Of a stretch of DNA of 64,000 nucleotides, positions 55,991-64,000 are shown in pieces. The notes beneath the pieces were generated by a model. That model did not search any database. It was not told the origin of the DNA and saw nothing but the letters and a program-made list of their open reading frames with translations. Source of the stretch: Nymphaea colorata (Eukaryota); NCBI RefSeq assembly GCF_008831285.2, contig NC_045138.2, positions 25,048,001 to 25,112,000 of the forward strand, read 5' to 3'. Made by a program: the position numbers and the translations under genes. Position 1 is the stretch's first letter, and each line of letters starts with the position of its first letter.

Positions 55991-58900
55991 GGCAAAACCT
56001 GGTTTTTCTGTATCATTCAATTTCAGACACCCTATCTTTCCACATTGAAACTAGTTTCATGAATGAACGTATACAATGTCACTTTCTCTTTACATCACAA
56101 CGATGAGACCTTGTTGAGGTCCCATAGGATGAAGACGATGTGTCTGATAGCGTTCCTCTCAGCAGACAGAATCGTTGATTAATAGACTCAATTTCACTTT
56201 TCTTGGTTCCGACCCAACTTGACTGCTCAAATTTAACTAGAATAACTTTCAAACTGTAAATATGAACTCCCTCTTCCACCAACATCAAATGGTCAAGTTG
56301 TTTTACTGATCGCTCTTGTTCAAAAAGATCTGTATCCTAGCTTTCGCGGTCCTTAATAGACTCAATTTCACTTTTTTCGTGGTTCCGACACAACTTGACA
56401 GTTCAAATTCAACCAGAATAACTTTCAAATTGTAAATATGAACTCCCTCTTCCACCAACGTCAAATGTTCAAGTTGTTTTACTGATCGCTCTTATTCAAA
56501 AAGATTTGCCTCTTAGCCTTCGCAAAAGTCTACTTTTTATTTTCTATTTCTCCTTGTAAGGAGGGCTCTATAAATCGAAATCGGATTCAGATGTGAATTT
56601 AAAAGTTCGAATGGGAATTCCTAGTGGGTTATCAACTTTTTATATATGCTAAAAAGGGCAGTGCACCCTTACTGGTTTCATAAGAGTCCATAGGAATATA
56701 GCTCTCTAGCAGGGGCAGAGTTAGGATTTTTTTCAGGGGCAGGCCAAACAGTTCATCGAAGGGGGCAGGCCAAACAGTTCATCGAACTTATCTGGGTCAA
56801 GCCAAACTAAATCCGGATAGGGCCAAACTAAATCCGAATATAAAAATACATCACCCAACCAAAATTTTTCAATTTTTGTAATGTAATTTTTTTTTTTTCA
56901 AGTAGTTGGAGGGGGCCACGTTCTAGGCAGGTCCCCTCCTCCCTCCGTCCTTGCTCACTAGATGGTAAGGCAGTCTATTTCAAGTGTAGTTTGTGTTAGG
57001 AAACCTGAGGTATCTGTCATGAGTCAGTCCACTAGTCTTTTGGACCATAAATAATTCAGAAGCATGCTTCATCAATCCCGAGAAGCAAGGGGGGCACACT
57101 AGGGCTACGGCCTCTCTTTGAGGCAGTGGAAAAATAACTACTTGCTCTAAATTCAATAACAAAAGTTTGGTTGAATAGTTTTAGATCGAGAACATCCAAT
57201 TGAAGAAGTTACAAATTACGCATTTGTTACTGTTATAGATATCAATCGATTGGATTTGGACTAGGTATTAATCGACTAAACTGCTACACAACAGTCGGAT
57301 ATGGAAAAAGAATTCGACATTCATTCGGATTTGAATAAGGATTCAATTTTAAATAAATAGCCAATCAGTTTCCAATCTAAAATCGGGTTTAATTGAGTAT
57401 GATGTAGACTTGGATTCATTTATATTCAGATCCAATTTGATCAGAATATGTGAACATCCAATAGATCGATTATGGTGAAAAATACATCCAATTTGAATCT
57501 GAATCATCCATCTCTAACTACCACCAATGGTTCATAAGCAACTTAATTATATGGAGTTGTTAGGTTAAACTCGGATTTCTTTCGCCATGAATTCTATTAT
57601 CACCATGACGGCCATGATAACGTCATGACGCTTAGTTTTAATATCAAAATTATTGTTTCCCAGAACCAAAATATAAGTATATATGCGCCCTTTCAGAGCT
57701 CAAAACGTAGCGTGAATGATCACCTCATGAGAAAGCTGCAGCTGGTTGCCTCTCGATGCCGACAATGAGAGTGTCACTCTCGGTGCACACAACACATACA
57801 CTTCAAAAGAAAAAGGCAATAATGAGTTGAGATATTTTAGAAATTATTTAAAAAAGTAATGTCGTTATTAGTCTTTTTACTTTTTTCGATTTAAAAAAAA
57901 TTTCTTTCAAGAACATTTTTTGTCATTAACCATGGTCGCCAAGAGCAACCAAGTCTCACTCTGCTTCAACAAGCAAGAAAGAATTTATGCATACAATTCA
58001 TAACGAACACATCTGCAACTGTTATCCCCAAGTAAAATAAATGCAGACAAGGTTTTTTGATCATTTCCCATTTAGCAAGTATAGAGTCATAGACTATTGA
58101 AAAAAAAAAAAAAAGCAGGCTTGGTGTTTGATACGGCAAAACCTGGTTTTCCGGTATCATTCACTTTCGAACACCCCATCTTTCCACATTGAAACTACTG
58201 TCGTGAATGAACGTATACAGTGTCACTTTCTGTTTCCATGTGACCTTGTTGAGGTCCCACAGTATGAAGACGATGCGCCTGATAGCGTTCCCCTCAGCAG
58301 ACAGAATCGTTGATTAATAGACTCAATTTCACTTTTTTCGTGGCTCCGATCCAACTTGACTGCTCAAATTTAACCAGAGTAACTTTCAAATTGTAAATAT
58401 GAACTCCCTCTTCCACCAACATCAAATGTTCAAGTTGTTTTACCGATCGCACTTATTCAAAAAGATTTGTCTCTTAGCCTTCGCAAAAGGCACGTAATTG
58501 ATCCATTTTTTGTTTTTTTTTTGCTGCCTGTTCCCCCCAAAACAAAGTCCTTCAACCTTGCTAGTGGGTTATAAACTTTTTATATATGCTCAAAATCCAT
58601 CATAAGAGTTCTTAGGAATATAGCTTACTGGACGGCAAGGCGGTCTATTTCAAGTAGTTTGTGTTAGAAAACCTGTGGAGTCAGTCCACTAGACTTTTGG
58701 ACCATAAATGATTCCGAAGCATGCTTTGTCAATCCCGATAAGAGGGCACACTAGGGCTGTGGCCTCTCTTTGAGGCCCTGGAATAATAACTACTTGCTTT
58801 GGTTGAATAGTTTTAGATCGAGAACATCCAATTTAAGAAGTTGCAACTTAGGCTTTTGTTACTGTTATAGATATCAATCGATTTGATTTGGACTAGTACT

Positions 58901-59911
58901 AATCGACCAAACTGCTACACAACAGTCGGATACGGAAAAAGAATTCGACATTCATTCAGATTTGAATAAGGATTCAATTTTAAATAAATAGCCAGTCAGT
59001 TTCGAAAATTCTCATCCGAATAAATTCAGTTTCAAATAAATTATTTTTTATCCAATATCTATACATTTGTACAGAGTTGGTTCTTAACATGTCATAATCT
59101 AATCTAATTTCGGTTGTATATTTAAAAGTTTTAAACAGATTCAAACGTCAACAAAAAAAAAGTCAGATTAATGGTACCAGATTCAGATTTATGAATTTAA
59201 AATCGGGTTTAATTCAGTATGATATGGACTTGGCTTCATTTATATTCAGATCCAATTTGATCAGAATATGTGGACGTCCAATAGATCGATTATGGTGAAA
59301 AATACATCCAATTTGAATCTGAACCATCCATCCCTAACTACCACGAATGGTTCATATGCAACTTAATTATATGGAGTTGTTAACTACCACGAATGGTTCA
59401 TATGCAACTTAATTATATGGAGTTGTTAGGTTAAACTAGGATTTCTTTCGCCATGAATTCTATTATCACCATGACGGTCATGACACCGTGATGACGTTTA
59501 GTTTGAATATCAAAATTATTGTTTCCCAGAATATATGCGCCCTTTCAGAGCTCAAAACGTAGCATGAATGATCACCTCATGAGAAAGCTGTAGCTGGTTG
59601 CCTCTCGATGCCGACAGTGAGAGTGTCATTAACCATACTGGTGTAGGAGAGTAAGACATACATGACCCGCTTCGCTTGATGGGTACTTGGGCGGTAGCCA
59701 TAGGTTTTAATATCGCCAAGAGTGTGCAACCAAGTCTCACTCTGCCTTAACAACCAAGAAAGAATTGGTGCATATAATTCACAACTAACACATCTGCAAC
59801 TGTTATCCCCAAGTAAAATAAATGCAGACAAGATTTTGACCATTTCCCAGTTAGCAAGTATAGAGTCATAGAGTATTGAAAAAAGAAAAAAAAAAAAGGC
59901 TTGGTGTTTGA
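55991..59911. repeat. ~2-kb tandem segmental duplication (unit 1 55991-58130, unit 2 58135-59911)
   Basis: Both units start GGCAAAACCTGGTTTT and end (A)n..GGCTTGGTGTTTGA. Collinear, highly similar blocks with unit-specific indels. Confidence 0.92.
56710..56953. mobile_element. hAT-type MITE present in duplication unit 1 only
   Basis: CAGGGGCAGAG...CTCCGTCCTTG termini. TSD CTCTCTAG / CTCACTAG. Empty site (TATAGCTTACTGGACGG) near 58619 in unit 2. Confidence 0.88.
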
Positions 59912-61660
59912 ATTTAACTTTCCTATACTCTAAACGTCTATTATGGCGAAAGCTATGGTTGGGAGTTGTTGTCAATGGCTTCAGCAGTGATGTAAGTTAG
60001 TCGCTTCCACCTTGTCTAGCCATCTGGGAAAAGAAGAAGAAACTTAAAGAAAAAGTGAAGTAGGTTTTAAGTGGGAGAGGACTAATGAAGAGGGGTGGGT
60101 GGGGAAGGTCCACAACGTTCCACATCATTCATATAAGAATTTCTTTTGGAGGTCTTTCCAGGATCCTGACTTTGTTTTTCAAATATTATCATGTAGGACT
60201 CATTCTTCATGCCGGCAAAGGGCCATTTAAATGCATGAATGCCAAAGTTTCTTGACCCTTACGGCATGTAGCTTTCACTGTAGTTGGTAATCTTAGTTTA
60301 ATGTAAAAGATGACTTGGCTTTTGGTTTATTCATCAATCTATTGTAATTTTTTTATTGTGTATGATGCCATTGTTGAGCCCTCTTCGACGAATTGGACCG
60401 GCAGGGGATTAGAAAATCAATATGACAAATCATAGCAAAAGGAAAAGTTTAGTGCTTTCTAAAATTGAAAAATGGCATATCTTGATCTTAGGACCTACCA
60501 CTTTCACTTGCAAGTTGGATCATGGTCGACCTGCTTCATCATTAGCCGTATGACCCACTTCTACATGATCCAGTAGATTGCTTGATTTGGTCCAAAGAGA
60601 CAATGTTGAGGGAAAACCCATTTCGGATCCTCATCTGATTCAGGCGGCAAACCAATCAGATATGAAATCTGAACTCGATAGCAATTGGATTTGGTTTGCA
60701 GTTGAAAAAAGGAATTTAAAAGAAAACCCAACTCGATTACCATGCTATACTTGCTTGTTCTTATAAAATCCGATTAGGTGGATTCAGATTAGACCAGGAT
60801 TACTGTTCAAATATAAATTAATTACCCGCAGCTAAACTCTCGATGGTGAACATGTTGGAGTCCATATAGCTACATAAAATAATGAGCCCTACCTTCCCCA
60901 GAAAAATGTCTTCATTTCCTCATATTTTAATTTGTTGCTTCAATCTCAGCTTTATATATACGATACGCGACTAGAGGATTGGGGGATGGGTGAAGGCTTC
61001 GGCTTTGGAAGTAGGACGGTAGAATGAAATTTTTTTTTTGTCCTAACTTATCTGAAGCAGTGAACTGTTGAGACCTTTTCTAAATGAAAATAGAAAACAA
61101 GGAAAAGCAAATTGATTGTGATACAAAACATCAAACAGTGCGGAGAAATTGACAGATCCGACAATAATTGCTTTTGCATAAAATTCAAAATTGCACAGCT
61201 AAGAGGATTGGTAGCATCTCGCAGCCATGGAAGGTCTGCTTTCACAGCGCTTTCTGTCTTCACTTGCCGAGTGAGGCGCCATCTCCACTCATTCTCTCTT
61301 TGGCCTTATGCTTCATTGACGCGAAGTTCAACTCCCCGGAGAACCGGCGCTTTCACTTCACTTACTGGGGCCATGAAAATTCTACTTTCTCCAAGCGTTT
61401 CATTAAATGTTTCACTGTAAATTCTGGGGCGGCTCTACCTGGTTGGACCGAGGGGCAGAGACAGGAAAGCCGATTTGGACCAAGGAGCGGAGACAGGAAA
61501 GCCGGCGGCTGGGTTCATGACCTACCCACTTTTGTTTTTCTTTTAATTCACACGTAAATTTTAAAACATTTCATCTATCCTAAATAAAATTTTTTAAAAA
61601 ATTATATTTCATACAAATTTTGAAACTATAATTCAACCCCTTTATAAAAATTCTCGGTCA

Positions 61661-61947
61661 CAACTAATTTAAGCAACTGTACACCTAACCCTATTAAAGC
61701 TCTATAGCGTCTGCTTTTGGGAAACAATGGATATGTTGTTGGAGCTGTTTTTTTGCATTTAAGAAATGAAGGAAAGAGCAACTAAAGAAAGAGAGCCACG
61801 CGCAAGGTTTAGTCTCAACTAATTTAAACACTCTACACCTAACCCTACTAAAACTCTGTGGCGTCGGGTTTTGGGAAAAAATTGGATATGTTGTTGGAGA
61901 AGTTTTTGGGGTTTAAGAAAATGAGGGAAAGAGCAATAAAAGAAAAG
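61661..61947. repeat. Diverged ~155-bp tandem duplication
   Basis: CAACTAATTTAA..TACACCTAACCCTA..TGGATATGTTGTTGGAG..GGAAAGAGCAA occurs at 61661 and 61816. Confidence 0.8.
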
Positions 61948-63499
61948 GTAGTGGCAGCTGCGAAGTCAAGGGTTTTACACCATTCATGTCAAAGTGCGCC
62001 ACCAGCCAGTGTCTCTCCCAAGTCTACGTGGTGCTCTCAAAATTCCACTAGGCGTTCACTTGCAAGAATCTCCACTCTGAATGTTTTGGTGAGATGAGAT
62101 TTTTCCTTTTCTAATCCAACTCTATGGGTAACCAATTTCTAAAGTATGACCAAACATGAAATAATCATGTCGTAATAAGTCTCATCGACATTTTAGACAT
62201 TGCATATATATATATATATATATCTTGGTCATTCATCTTTCCAAGATGACAGGCCAAAAGAAAATGAAGAAGAAAAATGAGATAATATATTTTAGTCATC
62301 TAACATTAACTAACAATTGTTTTTCTATATGATTTTATCTCAGCCATCCATCTTGAAAAAATCAATGGCCAATATGATTCCACATGAATCAGGCGCCTAA
62401 TGGTCAGGTACCCACAAATTGAATGGTAACAACACATTTAGTGGACATCAAACCTAAGTCCTTTGATCTGCAATCAAACAATGCGTTGGGTGGACTAGAA
62501 TGGGTCCATTCTGGTTCATTTACGTATGGGTTGTTGGGATCCTTGGCAGCTTATGTGAACCAATCGACACCCTTTGTTTCTTTCCTTCATTGTTGATTCT
62601 ATAATCTTCATCACTTTTACATCTTTCGTTCTTGGCAAACCAGTAGCTATCAAACCCTCAAACTAGTTGGATTTTCGACGACTTCTGAAATGAGGAAGCT
62701 TAATCAAAACTCATTGCCTCTTTTGAAAAGTATCTCAGTCTTGTAAAAGTACAACTATATTTTTATTTTTTTTTTACTTAATATCTACCATATGATCTCC
62801 TTTAAAAGGGGACATCTCAAATATACATATAAAAGAGAGAGAGAGAAAAGATATTTACTTTTTGTAACTGGAACTATCATGGCCAGCAGGAAATTGAACA
62901 TGAGCAAAACTGCAACGAAAGACGTTTTTATTTACCAAAAGAAAGAAAAGAATTACATGTAAGTGTCAATCTTATGCTACTCACATCAAATTTCGGTATT
63001 AATGAAATCCAATCCTCGGGAAGGGGGATTTAGAACAAAAATCTCCATGATTTTCGCCGATCCACTTCATGACAAAACGCTTGAGGAACGGCTCCGATTG
63101 TTTTGGCCAATTCCCCTGTCTCTATCGTATAAGACGTTGCGGGAGAAACCTACTGCACATATGACGTCAAGCTTAAGTGGGGAGGGAAAGGAGAAGAGGG
63201 TGAGAATCACTGCCCTACCCATTCACGTTACTACTATTAGTATTTTAAGAGCTTTGCCAAGCACTGGTCCCATGGAAAGGCAGCAGAACTCCACATCTTA
63301 ACTAGAAAGTACTGCAATCTTACTCTTTCCCACAGAATTAGAAGATTACTGAGTCTAAAGCTCAGCCATGTAATTCCTTGATTACTTCCTGAAAAAAAAA
63401 GTGTTCCTTGTGCTCCAATACGATGGGACTCTGCACAGTGCAAGCCTTCCACGTAAAGCAACTGGTTCAAATGCAGGTCCCATCCACCTACTCCGAGAA

Positions 63500-63540
<41 letters not shown>

Positions 63541-63617
63541 CTTCCATTATCCGAGCACTATATATATGACCATTGAGAAAGGAAACCAAAGCAAAGAGGG
63601 CTATAACGGGTGGAGCA

Positions 63618-64000
63618 ATGGTAGCCATGGAAGTGAAGCATCTGAACACCACATGGGTCAAGCCAGAAACGAGGCTTCATGGAAAAATACCCCTAACCAT
63701 CTTCGACAGAGCGTCCGCAGATATGCACATAGCGTCGATCCTGGTCTACGACGCCCCCACAGCCAGCAACACCAAGATCAAGCTTGCTCTTGCAAAGGCT
63801 CTCACCTATTACCCAGTGCTAGCTGGGAAGTTGTCCGGCCAGCCCCCGGTCGTCGTCCTCGATGACGAAGCCGGAGCGCCGGTCTCCGAGATGTCGGTGG
63901 AGGGGAATCTCGAAGACTTCCTTCCGTTCAAGCCTACCCCGGAGCTCTCCATCCTCCATCCTTACACCCAAGAGACTAACCCACTGCTCATGGTCCAGCT
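63618..64000 (+). CDS. BAHD acyltransferase copy 3, 3'-truncated by the window edge; inverted duplicate of copy 1
   Basis: MVAMEVKHLNTTWVKPETRLHGKIPLTIFDRA...NPLLMVQ. 63536-64000 is the exact reverse complement of 41396-40932 by eye. TATATATA at ~63559 after a (CT)n tract. Confidence 0.9.
   Translation, partial: MVAMEVKHLNTTWVKPETRLHGKIPLTIFDRASADMHIASILVYDAPTASNTKIKLALAKALTYYPVLAGKLSGQPPVVVLDDEAGAPVSEMSVEGNLEDFLPFKPTPELSILHPYTQETNPLLMVQ

Noticed and set aside
61112..61557. GC-richer patch with 102-aa and 129-aa ORFs
   Set aside because: Non-ATG starts and no recognisable domain; the minus-strand ATG frame stops after 22 codons.
63401..63865. 154-aa ORF (and its 99-aa twin at 41067-41366) appearing conserved
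   Set aside because: Alternative frame of the duplicated BAHD exon; the identity is explained by DNA-level identity. Its ATG lies within the TATA region, probably upstream of the TSS.

Overview
AT-rich plant (angiosperm) nuclear DNA with spliced genes. Left to right: the 3' 14 exons of a starch synthase III gene (+, starts before the window, ends 11728); a 7-kb interval with an unexplained chain of mini-exon-like segments; an intronless S40/DUF584 senescence-regulator gene (-); a 5-exon ATG8 gene (+); a small uncharacterised 61-aa protein gene (-); then a cluster of three BAHD acyltransferases resembling agmatine/tryptamine/putrescine hydroxycinnamoyl/benzoyl transferases. Copy 1 (-) is intact with one intron. 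Copy 2 (+) is intronless, with a single-base frameshift exactly at copy 1's intron position. Copy 3 (+) runs off the window end and is an inverted copy of copy 1, identical from the core promoter onward but diverged further upstream, which suggests gene conversion. The cluster also holds Copia remnants (one in permuted RT-PPT-LTR-PBS-gag order), hAT- and Tourist-type MITEs, nested duplications and microsatellites. No tRNA, rRNA or CRISPR array was seen. All alignments were done by eye; no database searches were run.
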